Shown: positions 11,291 through 24,637 of the stretch, piece after piece | How positions within the stretch are numbered: the stretch's first letter is position 1 | How the letters are laid out: the number at the start of each line of letters is the position of its first letter | Source: Phoronis australis | Lineage: Eukaryota > Animalia > Phoronida | Direction of reading: 5' to 3' | Assembly (NCBI GenBank): GCA_002633005.1 | Contig: NMRA01000056.1 | Location: 691,165-755,164, forward strand | DNA length: 64,000 bases | Notes under the pieces: model-generated | What the model was told of the DNA's origin: nothing | Databases searched by the model: none | The model's input: only the letters and a program-made list of their open reading frames with translations | Position numbers and translations under genes: made by a program

Positions 11291-13837
11291 AAAAACCACG
11301 CGAGCCCCAGTAGGGGTAGGTAGCTATTTTGCCTTCACCCAATCATCTGAAGTAGGTGTTCAGGCTTTAGGCGGTATAATCTAAGGGAATTTCGACTGGC
11401 TGGATTGTCAAAAATAGTAGCCAAAACAGATATTTTTTCATTTCTCAAAGGTTTCTAACCTAGTTGTGAACAGCCACAATTTCTCATTACGTTTTTGGCG
11501 GTAGCTACGGTAGAGATGGCGCCTCTATTGACATTCATCTTTTATGAAACAAATTAGCATCCAGCGGCTAAAACACCTTTTTGACACCAGAAATGTATGT
11601 GTTGTTCTTACACACCACAGAAAGTAATTAATTGCGATGCAAATTACACCACTCATAATTCGTAGCCCCTTCGAGCGCCCCAGAAAAAATCTCAACCAAT
11701 CAGCGTAAAGTGGTTCATGAGATCATAATGTGGTCACAAAATTACTTGAAAGCCACACTGCGTAACAGCTAAGTGCCATTTCTGGGACGTTCTGAACTTG
11801 TCAATCTCTGGGCTAAAATGCCGTGTTGGGTGGTGTACGGACGTAGCAATGTCAGCGGCAATGGCATACATTTGCACAACTTCCCCACCGATCCCGTCCT
11901 GTGACGTGCGTGGAGTAGATTCGTATCCACGACAAGGACTGGCGACAAAATTCCCGATCAGCAAGATCTGTGCTCAGACTAGGTGCAAAGCTGTACATAA
12001 AATCCACAGCTTTTCGCCGATGTGGGTAAAAATGACTAAATAAAATCTGACACATAAGTAGTGTCATTAAAAATTACCAGTTCTTCTTAGAGTAAACCAA
12101 ATAATTTAGCCTACCGGTGTTGGAAAAATTGGCGTTCCACCACTCATCTACTGCTGAAATTGAAGTGCTCTCTTGTGAGTCAGCTTTCAGCAATTACGTC
12201 ACCTGACCTGAACAGTTTCTTTTTCCCCGTTTATTCCTCAATCAACTACTCTTCGCTGCCACAAGGTTGTGTACATGACACAACAAATTGTCGTAACTGT
12301 TTTGGTTTCGTTACAAGTTTTTACCATGTTTAAGACTAGCAAACCACGTTTTAGATCAAACTTTGCTGCTGCGCTGCGAAGCTGTCATCATGTCCCAAGA
12401 GATGTCTTAGGACGGCGCGTGTGCGTGTTTCAAAACGACAACAGGCTTTTTTTATTACAAAACTCAAAAGGCAGAGAATTATGCTAGAAAATGACGTTTT
12501 TCATTTAAGAGGCTGGCAACCGGCAAGGTGAGTGTCGGAATTGTCTCCCAGATTTTGCACTCACCCCATCGGTCGTTAGCTCTGCGATATAACTAACAGA
12601 ATTAGGTCACTCATGTCAGGCAGGTAAATGAAAGCCAAAGTGCTGGTGAAAGAAGTAGACACGGGGGGGGGGGAGGTTGGGGGGACAGCACTGTCTTGGC
12701 TAAGACTTGCTATTGTTTCTGGTAACCATCACAAGTTTTGGTGATCTAGCACGGGACGTGTCCTATTATGGTCTGGCCTTTCAGAACAGACGCAGCGTAC
12801 TTGTCAAAGGGATTGTATTGTATCTTTCCCGTAAAGATCTTCTTCCTCAACCGCGAATCGAAGACTAATGAAAACTTGACCTTTGTTCAGTTAAAAGCAC
12901 GTGGCTAGGAAGCGCGCGCTATATTCAAGAACCTGTCATCAAAGATTAGTCTTCGGGTACTATCTATTCATGAAACATTTAGCATAGTGTCGGCAAGAAA
13001 TAAATTCTGGCACTTATTTCCGAAAGTTTCTAATACCATAAAAAACGTTTGCGTAATTCTTAAGGGGGAATTATTAAAATAGTCGTAATTGGTGTTTTTA
13101 AAGTCAAAATGACCCACTGATAGTGAACACTTCCGCACTCTTAAGCCCCCTGAATCTCCTGAAAAATAACTGTTAGACTGTCATGCATCCAGTCACCTGG
13201 CGACTCAATGACATCGGCCTTACAGAGATAATTCTTGAACATTTTTAGCAGATGACATCAACAAGTGCTAAATAAAACATATTCTGCTTTACTGCTCGTG
13301 TTAATTTCCTTAGTTACAGTGCACACCTAGATCGTTACATCGTGTTTACTCTGGCAAATGAACCCTGATGACACGCATGCGCTCGCTCTCTCACTCAATA
13401 CGCACAAGAACTTCAAAACAAACATCACGTGACAACAATATGTGTGTTCGTCCAGAGATCTTTCTCGTGTTGCTGCGTATGATCTAGCGCAGATTTGGAC
13501 TTAATATGCAGTTAATCCCAACTCCACAGCAACTTCAAAATCTTAGGCACGTTATTTTGAAAACTTGGACAGGTAATTTGTTGAGTCGAAACTATATTTT
13601 TACTCAAGTTGACCTTTCGGCGATCGTGAGGCAACGACACATCATCTGTCGGCAAGTTTTTGCGCTGGGATTTTCTGAAAAATGCTCGTAATTCAACAAC
13701 AAAGTTTGATGGCAATACACTGCAATTTTGTAGAAATTCTGTCATAGGTTACAGATGTGTTACAGAGCGTAAACTTGATGAATTCTAGCTGACGATTTCA
13801 CCCGTTTCGGAGACCGAGTTTCAACCACTTTTGGGCT

Positions 13838-13908
13838 ATAATAAGCGTCTCACTTCCTGAAGCGAAATTTTCTATGCGCCCTGGGCGCTTATTAGGGCGA
13901 ATACGGTA
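13838..13908. mobile_element. Right-end fragment of pogo/Tc1-like MITE
   Basis: gcgccctgggcgcttattagggcgaatacgg|ta resembles the terminus of 33348-35805. Confidence 0.5.
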
Positions 13909-15463
13909 CTTGGAATGTACAAGTTACACTCTGCATTCCAACTTTTCCAAGCGGACCCCTTACTATGATGAGACTAATTCCTTTCCAACAGCAACCAAAA
14001 GTTAACTGGATCTCGCATGAGAAATATTAACCTATCGGATACGAGTTCACACTGAGAACCTCTCCTTGAATTTCATTCCAGTACCACTTAGTGCATCGAA
14101 GTTGAAACAACGATACTTTCAAGTAACTCAAAAAAATCCTATCAGTTGATTAACTTTGCAGCAGTTTAATACTTGCTGTGCAACAATGTATCCATAATCT
14201 TCATTACAAAGAACTGATTTGCATTTTAATCTGTTCAGTTTGTACAGCCCACGCCACTACCATCATTGGATTAATGCACCTCTGGGATATAGTTCATTAG
14301 AATATTAAATCAATTACCGCAGCAATAAGAATAATTGAAATTACCCATCTTAGATTCTGACCTAAGAAATAGCAAGCTCACCTGATGAAGTTTTTAGTTT
14401 TTAGTTACAGCCAAATGGGTACGATAGTCAGATATAACGTGCCCAAACTTTGAGAACCAGTTTCCTCCACTGAATAACAGGCATCAAACTGGTTCTCAAA
14501 ATGCGGCCATGTTATATCTGACTATTGCTGCCAAATGATACATTTTTGATATCGTTGCGATTACAGTGACTTCTAAATTTTTTAAAATTAATAGGCCCTT
14601 GCATACCTCACAGTAAAAGGTGCCTGTGGCATCTGAGAAGGGGAATTTTTTCAGGCGAGGGTAAAATTCTCCCCCAGCAAAGGACTTTTTAACCACTCAA
14701 GGGACCTGACGATGGGAATTTCATGTGATTTTTTTAAATGTGTTCAGAGGGAAATGGGGCTAACATTCAGTCTCACTATCAAAGGCCTTTCATTTTTAAC
14801 CCAGGTTACAGTTTATTTCAGAAATATGGTACAAAAATCTACAGTTTGGGACTGCCTCTTAAACTTCGGACGCTGAAAAATCAAATCGAAATGGAACTTT
14901 CTCAGAAGAGAAACATTGGGAGATAGGGAATTTTGGCGTTTACCATATTTTTCAAATCTTGGACACTGCATAAGAGACAGAAGTTCTGAAAAAAACATAG
15001 CCACTGACGGAACAGAATTCGAACGGATAAGTTTGTACTCTATTTGTCTGTCCAATGTCAATGCAGTATTAATGCTGTGCTGAGGACTGCAACTATGACG
15101 GAGACAGTTGCATAAACAAACATGTCAAATTTCCTTGGATGCATGATGTTCAGTTCGTTGTCATCAATCGAAGACAAGAAAATGCGAAGACAGGAAAATG
15201 CGGAACAAAGTGGATAAAGCAACTTCGTCGGTTTAATTCTGAATCAAATATTAATCCCCTTCCGTAAAGATACCTTTAATTCCAGAACTTCTGAACGGTT
15301 GAAATTAGGAATAATTTTCACAGACATTGACATGACGGTTTCAACATACCTGTGAATTTAAGCCAAACGTTCCAAGACGACACGCGTGCTTTCTTACCTC
15401 CAGGACACAGGAGAGTTTTATCCCTGTGTAATATGCACCTAACTGATTATTGAAGTTTTTAAA

Positions 15464-15676
15464 ACATTAACTGCACCAAGAACTGTGTGTGTCTGACATT
15501 AACTGCACCAAGAACTGTGTAAGTGTGTCCGACATTAACTGCATCAAGAACTGTGCAAGTGTTTCTGACATTAACTGCATCAAGAACTGTGTGTTTCTGA
15601 CATTAACTGCACCAAGAATTGTGTAAGTGTGTCTGACATTAATTGCACCAAGGACTGTGCAAGTGTGTCTGACATT
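15464..15676. repeat. Minisatellite with 32/36/36-bp units, repeated twice (104-bp higher order)
   Basis: acattaactgcaccaagaactgtg(taag)tgtgtctg at 15464, 15496, 15532, 15568, 15600 and 15636. Confidence 0.95.
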
Positions 15677-16779
15677 CCAAAAGTAGGTCAATGAAAACAA
15701 CACTGCCCAATACAATATCCAAACAATTATCAAATCAAGGCACACACTCAAGTATGACAATTAGATCTTGTCAAATCTGCAGTCAATTTTCAAACCTCTT
15801 AATTGTGAATAGCCTCCACAAGGTGGCACAATGAATACGTTAAAGTGGAAAAAGCATTTGAAAAGATCCAATGAGTATGCTTGAGAACATATAGCAAGCT
15901 TGGGTCCTCAACCAAAGTTCACCAGGTCTGTTTAACAGAGAAAAATCATAGACCCCCCATATGATAACCTGGCTAACTTCAAAGTAATGAAAACTCACAC
16001 TATTTTCCTCAGTTTTAAAGTTAGACTAGCTCAAATATAAGTCAGGATCTCAAGAAAAAAAAGATATGGTTAACTTGAGCTTCAAAGATTTGGCAATGAA
16101 ACAAGACACTGTTGAAAACCGAAATGAAACCTGAATAGAACCGAGAGGTCCTTTGTCCAGTTTTCTGGCATGTCCAGCCAATCATGTTAATACATCTATC
16201 TCCAAGTAGCACATCCCAGCATGTGTTACATTCGTGACTCTTGGTATTACTGGTGAGTCAGATAACCTTGCCCTTTCAGTTTCGAGGGAAAAAAGACCAG
16301 AACCAACTGTATCTGCAAAAACTGAAAACACAGAGATAATTTATAATACTTATTTGATATTAGCAAAGCTAAATCCTTTTAGATTGAACTTGCAGCTTGT
16401 TCCTATGACCTGTGTGTGATACAATTGTTTTAAAAATCAATGGACCTACTTCCTTTATGTAATGCGCACTTACTATATGACAATCAGGCAGGAGAACTAA
16501 TCACATAATATATCAGAGCTTATAACCTGCTGCATAACTAACACCATATGACACACAGCTTGAGACACACAAGCAAAGCTAACAGGGAAGGCTGTTTTCA
16601 TTTCACAACAAATTGTTCCCAAATCACAAAATACAGGAGGTGGAGCAGGCCGAGTGCCCTGCTGGAGGATAAAACCACGTGAAAACAGAAGCCAAGGAGT
16701 GGAGAGTCGAACACAGGAACAACTGATCTCCATTGTCACAGCGTGTGAATGAAAAATAATAATTCAAGTCCTGAAATGA

Positions 16780-16945
16780 AACAGGGAGGGAGGGAGGGGT
16801 GAAGGGCAGGGGCGGAAGGGAAAGAAAAAGAACGGAGGAGGGAGAGAGTGAAGAAGAATGAAAAAGCGAGTGAAGATGAGAGGGTTGGAGGAAGATAGAG
16901 AGGGATGGATGACAGTGGAGGGACAGGAAGGAGATGGAGGGAGGG
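16780..16945. repeat. Polypurine/polypyrimidine low-complexity tract
   Basis: (GGGA)n and GAAG/GAGG-rich sequence. Explains the S/L/P-rich ORFs 16624-17076 and 16736-16960. Confidence 0.85.
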
Positions 16946-17353
16946 TTGGCTGAAGGACAATGTTGTCTGTTCACGGTTTCAAAGTACACTGTCCATCTCG
17001 CAGAATATCTATTCAAAGAACTACTATAGCCGTCCAATAAAATTGTAAACAGACAACACTGTAGTGTGTCTAACAAACTCTAGATATTGAATACAACAGA
17101 TAAAACGATCTTTTACTGCAATCTTTTGTATTTTCAAGGCGAAGACATTACTTTGCTTCCAGAGCTGAAATACAAATATTCAAATTTTGTCCATATTTGT
17201 TTCATGCCAACTGTGCAATAGTACATGTTAAGAAAAAAAGTTGTTTTCTTGATAGTCGTTCCTGCTGAGAAATCTGACAAGATAAAATTTCACCATACTG
17301 TATACTAAATCAGTCAAGAATTCCTGCACTATAATTTTCTAGTTGTTCCCCGG

Positions 17354-17672
17354 TAGACCACTTTTAACTGTAATGTAATACCAGAGTGCATGACTTGCCC
17401 AAGGGTCCAACAATACTGCTTTATGCATCCACTGCCACACAAACTTTGTACAAGGAAAACAGGCAAACCAATCTGTCGGCTAGTTACAATTTGGCGCCCT
17501 ACACCAGAGTACACTGCAGACAAGCCCATCCTTCAGATAGACCACTTTGCATTGTAAGCTCAGTAATACCCCCAGTGCATGACTTGCCCTAGGGCCCAAT
17601 AATACTGTTTTATGCATATCCTGACAAACAAACTAGGCTAGGAAAACACACAAACCACTCTGTCAGCTACTA
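17354..17672. repeat. Diverged direct repeat, ~185-190-bp period, about 1.7 copies
   Basis: tagaccacttt...gtaatacc...agtgcatgacttgccc(a/t)aggg...aatactg.tttatgcat appears twice. Confidence 0.8.
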
Positions 17673-17730
17673 ACTGCCTGCACTGATATTCCCCTCCCCC
17701 GGGCTTGTCTGCAGAAAGCTCCACTGACAA

Positions 17731-17957
17731 AAATAATTGTAGGCTGTCGAGTACACATTGTGTTAGACGCGCACAAGTCGCTCATGTGGGCCCATTGCAC
17801 TGTCACCTGGAACCATTTCCATGTAGTTAAAACCAAGCTGAGGAGCTATAGACCTGACTCAAGGGTCTAGCAGTGTGTCCCAGTGAGACTCGAACTCATC
17901 AGTGGCCTCGAGTAAAGGAAGCGAACACTTATCCCACTAGGCCACTCTGTCGCCTCT
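17731..17957 (-). mobile_element. tRNA-derived SINE, copy 1
   Basis: Minus strand A box TGGCCTAGTGG and B box GAGTTCGAGTC. Body shared with 63581-63820 (cacactgctagacccttgagtcaggtc identical). Confidence 0.75.
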
Positions 17958-18007
17958 GGTAATAGGCAAGGCACAAACTGTTCGTGGAGAATAAAAAATG
18001 ACCTCAA

Positions 18008-18160
18008 GGTTATGCAGGACCCCAGAAAAATATCCAAATTCGTAACGTTTCTCAGAAGTAATAGACTGGGTTCAGATGAAACTTTCAAATACTACACTTA
18101 TGCGCTCTTCTCCAATTCTCTGTTAGGAATGGCTCTTAAAATGCTCTACTTCTGTATGAG
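18008..18160. mobile_element. Partial Kolobok-like MITE
   Basis: tcaa|ggttatg start; similar to 28172+ and to the reverse of 60780-60940. Confidence 0.5.
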
Positions 18161-19084
18161 GGGCTATCAAAAGTTGCGTAAAACGAAAAACAAATAATTC
18201 AGAAAACCATAACGGCGTTATGAGATTTCATCTTGTACATTTATATCAAATGAAATGCGTTTGTGTTATCCATACCATAGTTTCATTATCAATTAATGCA
18301 GACAAATACAAGTTTCATCATAAAATTTACTAAAATTTTCGATTTGTCTCTGACCTAAGTCAGTTTTGTTGGTACAGGCCCCTCATCATGCTGTGACTCG
18401 ATGACAGATTATCAAAAAATTCAATAATCAAATTCTACATCTGCTGAGTTATAGTTTATAGTATTGTAAATATTTAGCTAAGCACACAGACAGGTGGAGT
18501 GGTGATAAGGTCCTTGATAATTTAAAATGTGCTGTTGACTTAAAATGAGCAGGTTGACAAAGAGCTGACTCACTTGAATGATAGATAGTAAAATCAATAG
18601 GGTAGACTGGATGAGAGGACTTCTGCACTCCTTTATGGGAAATAAATACAGCAGGTGCCTGAGTCACAACTACTGATTAAATGTAATGGAAATTAACACC
18701 TGGCAACTTTTACTTACGAAACTAACACTGTAATGGAGTATTAATTATCAGCCAACAGAAAGCCAAGATAATCTTTATAAGGCAATACTCCTGCAGCTAC
18801 TCAATATCATTCGCCACACAAAACTAGTTCTAGGCTTATAGCCTCTAAGGCATTTTTGTTATGCAAAACTTAAATGTGTTTTCAAAAACAAGAAATGCCA
18901 CAATTGGAACAATAAAACGAGCACACATCTTCATTTCAGACATGAAAAATGTTCCAAATTCAATAACGTGCCTGTAAAGCAGAAACCACAAGAATTAGGA
19001 TGCCAATTTTTTTAATGTTATTTTGAAGAGAAATTTGACACAACAAAATTCTACATTGTCTGGAGACAACCTCATACGAACAAT

Positions 19085-19235
19085 AAAAATTCTTCAGTTT
19101 GGGACACAATATGATGACAGGACAAAGTTCATTTCTCCAAATTTGAAAAAAAAAAATTTGTCTTTAACGTGGTTTATGTGGCGTAACCATAACCAAACAG
19201 CACTTGGTAAAATTCTGAGCATTTGCAACAGTGCT
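19085..19235 (+). repeat. Old dispersed repeat family (also ~24890-25030 and ~41440-41570; inverted fragments ~37865, ~39800, ~40750)
   Basis: Shared aaaattcttcagtt.gggacacaatatg ... accaaacagca..tggtaaaatt.tgagcatttgcaaca. Confidence 0.65.
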
Positions 19236-19897
19236 GAGCACACGTCTTCTGGGTGACAATTGTGATTTTCAGAGGATTCCATGGCTCCCCGCACATGATT
19301 ACTACTAAGGCTAGTCAGAAAAATTTCCCCCATACATTTCAGTGCATCACCCATAATCCTGTTTACCATGGCTCCGTGCAGTACTTGCAAAGCATCAAAT
19401 ACATCCAAAACATGTAGTTACACTTCTAGCACCGTTTTCGGACAATACGCCAAAACGCCCCTTTTCATTTTTCACGGGGTTCCGACACCGTCGTGAATTC
19501 CCACAGATTTTCTAAACTTTCTTTGACATTAGCCGTGGTAGAAAACTTGAACGGGAAAAGTCATTTTACTTGGCACTAAATACCTTTCATGGAAAAAATG
19601 ATACAATACAATTTCACTCGTCTGTCAGTGAGTCTCAAACAGCTGAGATTTTACCCCACCTGGCTCCCAAGACTAGGGGTGACTCTCACATAAGGTGCAT
19701 CCCGTAGTAGTCTCACTCGCCTGCTAGCCTTTTGGATCAATTCCCCACCAAATGGTTTCATTTTGTGTCAGGAACTCAACAAAAGGTAAATACTTTGCAA
19801 CAGAAATTTACAGGATGGGTTTTTCTCATAAGATTTACAGGATTAAAAAAACTATGGGCTCATTCCAAGAAATTGACTTAAGTTCATTTTTGATTTA

Positions 19898-20964
19898 CCA
19901 TAAACGTTCGGTTTAACACCCTGGGTGGTTAAATTGGCAAACCCAAAAAATCGGGGGTGGACGGTTAACCAGACATGGGCGCTTAAACGTGAAATTTCAA
20001 GAAATCCAGGGTGGGCGGTTAACCGAACATGGGCGCTTATTACGACAGACAACTGCCCTGGGCGGTTAATCTTACCTCGTGATCTAAGTCCCCACATGAC
20101 ACACGTACTTGGAACATGTAGCACTTTTCAAAGAGCTTTATTGTCACGTCGCCAAATGACGGTAAAAACTTCATAACAAAGGATGATCCCAACAAAGGTT
20201 CTGTTGCCCTCAGATTAGTCATTCACAGTTAAACTTAAAAAAATTGCTGAGTAATAGACCCGTGCCATCCTGCAGTCTTGTTAGTTTGTTAGAACTGCAG
20301 TGCGCAGACGACCAGTGACCACGCAGCGCTCCACTAGGATTGCAAGTGGTGACACTGCAAAAGTGCGCGCGTGCAAGCGCTACGTGTTGCAAAGGTCACA
20401 GCTGACATCAAGGTTACAGTCCCGTGCTAGCTTTCAAGTTGAGCCAGAAGCAGTTTTAAAATTAAGTGTAATAAAGTTTGAAAACTTATTCAGGTGTTTT
20501 TTGGGTTTGAGATGTTTATAGTCGACACTGCGTGACTCAATAATATTTTCACTTCCCGTTGCATGAAAAATGCTAGAAGTAAGACANNNNNNNNNNNNNN
20601 NNNNNNNNNNNNNNNNNNNNNNNNNNNNNNNNNNNNNNNNNNNNNNNNNNNNNNNNNNNNNNNNNNNNNNNNNNNNNNNNNNNNNNNNNNNNNNNNNNNN
20701 NNNNNNNNNNNNNNNNNNNGGGGGGGGGGTAAGCATCATCTGTATTTAAAAGTCGGAAATCGAGCGTTTCCTAACGCTTGGCGCTAAATCTTCAATCTTA
20801 AAAAGTCGAGGATGGGCGCTTAACCGAGAGGTGGGCGCTTAACTGGAAATCTTCAAGATCGAAGATGGGCGGTTAACCGAACAGTGGGCGGTTAAATCGT
20901 AAATCCACCTAAAGTAGGGGGTGGGTGGTTCAATGAGCATGGGCGTTAACGCGAACATTTACAC
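19898..20964 (-). mobile_element. Pogo/Tc1-like non-autonomous DNA element, inverted and more diverged copy of 33348-35805; spans assembly gap 20587-20718
   Basis: ta|ccataaacgttcgg...cgaacatttacac|ta. Both arms align to the 33-35.8-kb element. Confidence 0.8.
20587..20718. other. Assembly gap (N run); other Ns at 3898, 31898 and 37612-37620
   Basis: Direct reading. Confidence 0.99.
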
Positions 20965-23007
20965 TAAGTCTAAAATTTGACTCGACTTCCAAACTTTGAA
21001 CTTCCACATCCTGTAAGTTAGTTGAACTTAAGACAAAACTTAAGTCAAACTTTAGATTGCTTTCTTGGAATAGACTTTGAGACAAATTGAAGCGCTATCA
21101 TAAAATTGGTTTAAATTTAAGATTTCTCTTAGCTAAGTCAGTTTTCTTGGAAAGGACCCCATTGCCTAAAAAGGTTCTTTTGAGGGGAACAAGGTGCAAA
21201 CAAAGGCTGATTTCTCAAAGCAGTTCCTTACAGTTAGTACCATCACAAATGCGTAAAAATATTCGAGTACCCCCCTCAATCTGGTTGTAGTTTTGGGATC
21301 CTAGAAAGACCGAAAAGGTGTCACTTGTGTGATTTTTTACAATCAACTGACTAGTGTCTAATCTTCTAGATCCTATGAAGCCTGACTATTGACATGCTTT
21401 TAGTCTAGACACCTGTAATTGTCACATCAGTATTTAACATGGATAAGAACGTTAAATATGCGAAGTCTATTGATACTGTCGCTACTGCTATTATCATCAT
21501 GGTGTAAAAGGCATAAAACTAATATCGAGGAAATTTGACACTTATTTTAGGATAGAGAAAAGTGCGGAGTTCACTTGAGGGGCGCTTTCAGACAAAAGAC
21601 GCTTGAAAGTAAAGCTAGGTGTGATCATAACCTTTGACAGTATTGTTTGATGATATCTTGCAAGACTTGCACAGTCTTATTTTTCTCTCGAGAAACTTGC
21701 ACTACTTGCATTACAAATATGTCAAAAAGAAAGACCACTACGCGGAACCATGATTTTCTTTGATAACGGAAAACGGACGAAATTCATGGCCAAATCTGAT
21801 GTCTTTCACATATTCTAGTAGCAGATACCGTAACTCTCCTATTTATAATTACCAACATCTAAGAATATAATCTGTTAAATTCAATTATTCTGGCCACCAA
21901 TGGATATGCTCAAGAAGTTGCTCATTTTTCCTGAAGATGGCGACGTTCTTTTTCTGGATCAGATAACAGAAACCACGAGGTACAACAAGTTATTGGTAAA
22001 ACAAAGATGCGGAATAACACAGCTGAAAAACTAAGGCAATTCACAGCTCACTTTTATGTTACTTATCACTTCGAAGGACGGAAACGAACTTTTCTGATTT
22101 ACATAATGCAAAAAAGAGAATATTGTGTTTGCTAAAATGGATTTATCTTTTAATGACAACGAAAAATCGGGATTTCTAACCATGTCATATATCGGTTAAA
22201 CTGTGAACTGTGGATGGCAGTACACGGAAACTGTATGTACACAATTATATATGGTAGCAGATATGAGCTATGGACATGTAAGATAAAGACCAGAAAAGCA
22301 ACACCAATGGCTGATGTATCACCCTTAACAGGCTTGACTCAGTAACTTGTCACGTCACAGCAAACAGCCCTACTTGCTTCTTCTACCAAATTGCAAATTC
22401 AGGATCAATAACATTTTTCAGAACAATATCAAAAATTGTTTCACGAGCAGTGCTTGACACAGGTGAAAATGTCTGCTAGAAAATACGAGAAACGACATAT
22501 TTGCCACTCATATTCCCAGATCTGAGCTCGCAGAAAGTGGCGACAAAAAAAAACGTCTGTACTTGTTTTTACTCATATTTTTCAAGCATTTACTCACTTA
22601 TGTCAAGCCCTGAAGGCCCTGAAACACAAAATCGGTCACGAATACAGTGCGAACACGTCTTACGTAACATTTTGAAGTTACGAGATGGAGATGGGACGAA
22701 ACTGTCAACGCTGGCCAAAAGAATACCTCAGAGCATGTAATCCTGTTGTTCAATGGCCAGTAAGTCATTTATGACATCACACAGGGAGGACTCAAATGTC
22801 ACAGCTTTTTAGTGCATTTTGTATACAAGCCACAGAACTTTGTCTTTCTCACACACGCGAGACACGATATTTGTCAGTGGTAAAAATGGATTCCATAATT
22901 CTACAATTGTGAGAAAAAGGAGCCAACATTTGATGTAGAATGAAATAAATGTTAATGCAATAGAACACTAACAGCCAAATTTCTCACACTTTGTCACAAA
23001 ATTCCCA

Positions 23008-24637
23008 AACAAGAGCAAGGTGGAGCGTTGAAATGCGCCCACGAATGCATTGCAAATGGTGTGCTTTTAGGGTAATTTATTTGTATCATAAAAATGACCA
23101 CTAGATGGCGCAAAAACGTACAATCCATCCAAAAACAGGAACATGTCATATTTCATAAAAATCTGTCAAGGAACTTCAGAGAAACAAAGGAAAACAGAAT
23201 AAAATGAAATTGCTACTAGTGGGCACAGTGTCCGTTGGATCCGCCTGACAGCCGTCGTCGTCTGTTGTTATCTTCATTAGTGAAGATTCTGCAGTGGGTT
23301 TAAGAGATACAACTATAGGCGCAAAACAAAACTACCACTAGGAGGCGCCATAGTAGTCAGTCACCATCATCAAAGGTCGTCTTCACACTGAAAATATATT
23401 TGCCAATTTTCAAGTGATTTGGTTGATACAGGGGTGGACACCAAAAACAAGATTTGAAAACAGCAAAAATGGCCACTAGGTGGTGCAAAATACCTCGATT
23501 CCATCCAAAAACAGGAAGATAGCGTCATCACACCAACAGATGCCTATATTTAAAATTTTATGAAAATCTGTTGAGGACCTTTGAAGATACTGAGTTAAAC
23601 ATAAAAAACTAAAATTACCACTAGGGGGCACAGCAGTAGTCAGATCTGTCCGAAAGTCGTCGTCATGTGTAGCCAACATCATATAAATACACTTGCTAAA
23701 TTAAGTAAAGATCCTGCGAATGGTTTAGAAGATACAGCCACAGGCGCAACAAAAACAAAACTGCCACTAGGAGGCGCCACAGTAGTCGAAATCGCCGGAA
23801 ATCATTGTAAACCGTCCTCCTTATAGTAAGCACATACATGCCAATTTTCACAATCATCCTTTTAGCAGTTAACGGTTGATAGATGGGTGGACGCAAAAAA
23901 CAGACTTGAAAACAGTAAAAATGGCCACTAGGTGGCATAAACTACATTGAATCCATCCGAAAACGGGAGGATAGCATCACCTCACTAATAGGTGCCTACA
24001 TATTGAATTTCATGAAAATCCGTAAAGGACTTTTGAAGATACAACGGTAAACGTAAAAAAATAAAATTGCCACTAGGGGGCACACCGGTAGTCGTATTTG
24101 TCCAAAAGTCGTCATCGTCCATTGTAAACATCATATAACCATACTTACTAAATTTCGTCGAAATCGTCGGAAAATCATCGTCAACCGTCCTCTTCACAGT
24201 AAGCACATACATGCCAATTTCACAATCATTCTTTGAGCGGTTTGGTTGATAGAGGGGTGGATGCAAAAAAACAGACTTTAAACAGTAAAAATGGCCACTA
24301 GGTGGCGCAAACTACATTGAATCCATCCAAAAACGGGAGGATAACGTCACCTCACTAATAGGTGCCAACATACCAAATTTCATGAAAATCCGTTCAGGAC
24401 TTCTGAAGATACAAAGGTAAGCGTAAAAACTAAAATTGCCACTAGGGGGCACACCGGTAGTCGGATCTGTCCGAAAGTTCGCTCAAGCCGTCCCATTCAT
24501 AAATGGAACACATGTGCCAAATTTCATGAACGCATGTCGAAGGGTTTTGGAGATAAAGCAGTGGACGCCGGACGGACGCCGTCCGGACGGAGATGACGGC
24601 ATAATGCGCCCACATAAAATATGTGGGCGCATAAAAA
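23008..24637 (-). mobile_element. HINE/DINE-1-like element, copy 2 (longest; 10 CTCF-like motif positions)
   Basis: Same termini as copy 1. Perfect hairpin atgcgcccacat-aaaat-atgtgggcgcat and GTCC-like microsatellite at ~24560-24600. Motif cores at 23098, 23213, 23335, 23473, 23618, 23764, 23925, 24070, 24295, 24439. Confidence 0.82.

Larger units (their letters stand above)
9988..11295 (-). mobile_element. Non-autonomous Helentron (HINE / DINE-1-like) element, copy 1
   Basis: On minus strand: T-run, 5' subTIR ATGCGCCCAC with hairpin, internal ~145-bp tandem units, 3' subTIR GTGGGCACAT, short stem-loop, CTTGTT end. Three more copies in the window. Confidence 0.8.

Noticed and set aside
10969-11299. 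Repetitive ORFs (MRPHVYMWVHIYAP...) or a CRISPR-like array of palindromic repeats
   Set aside because: Translation of a 34-bp tandem repeat with no unique spacers, eukaryotic context and no cas genes.
16624-17076. 150-aa S/L/P-rich ORF
   Set aside because: Low-complexity pyrimidine-strand translation.
17880-17957. tRNA gene
   Set aside because: A/B boxes are present but there is no proper cloverleaf, and the sequence continues into a body shared with a second copy, so it is a SINE.
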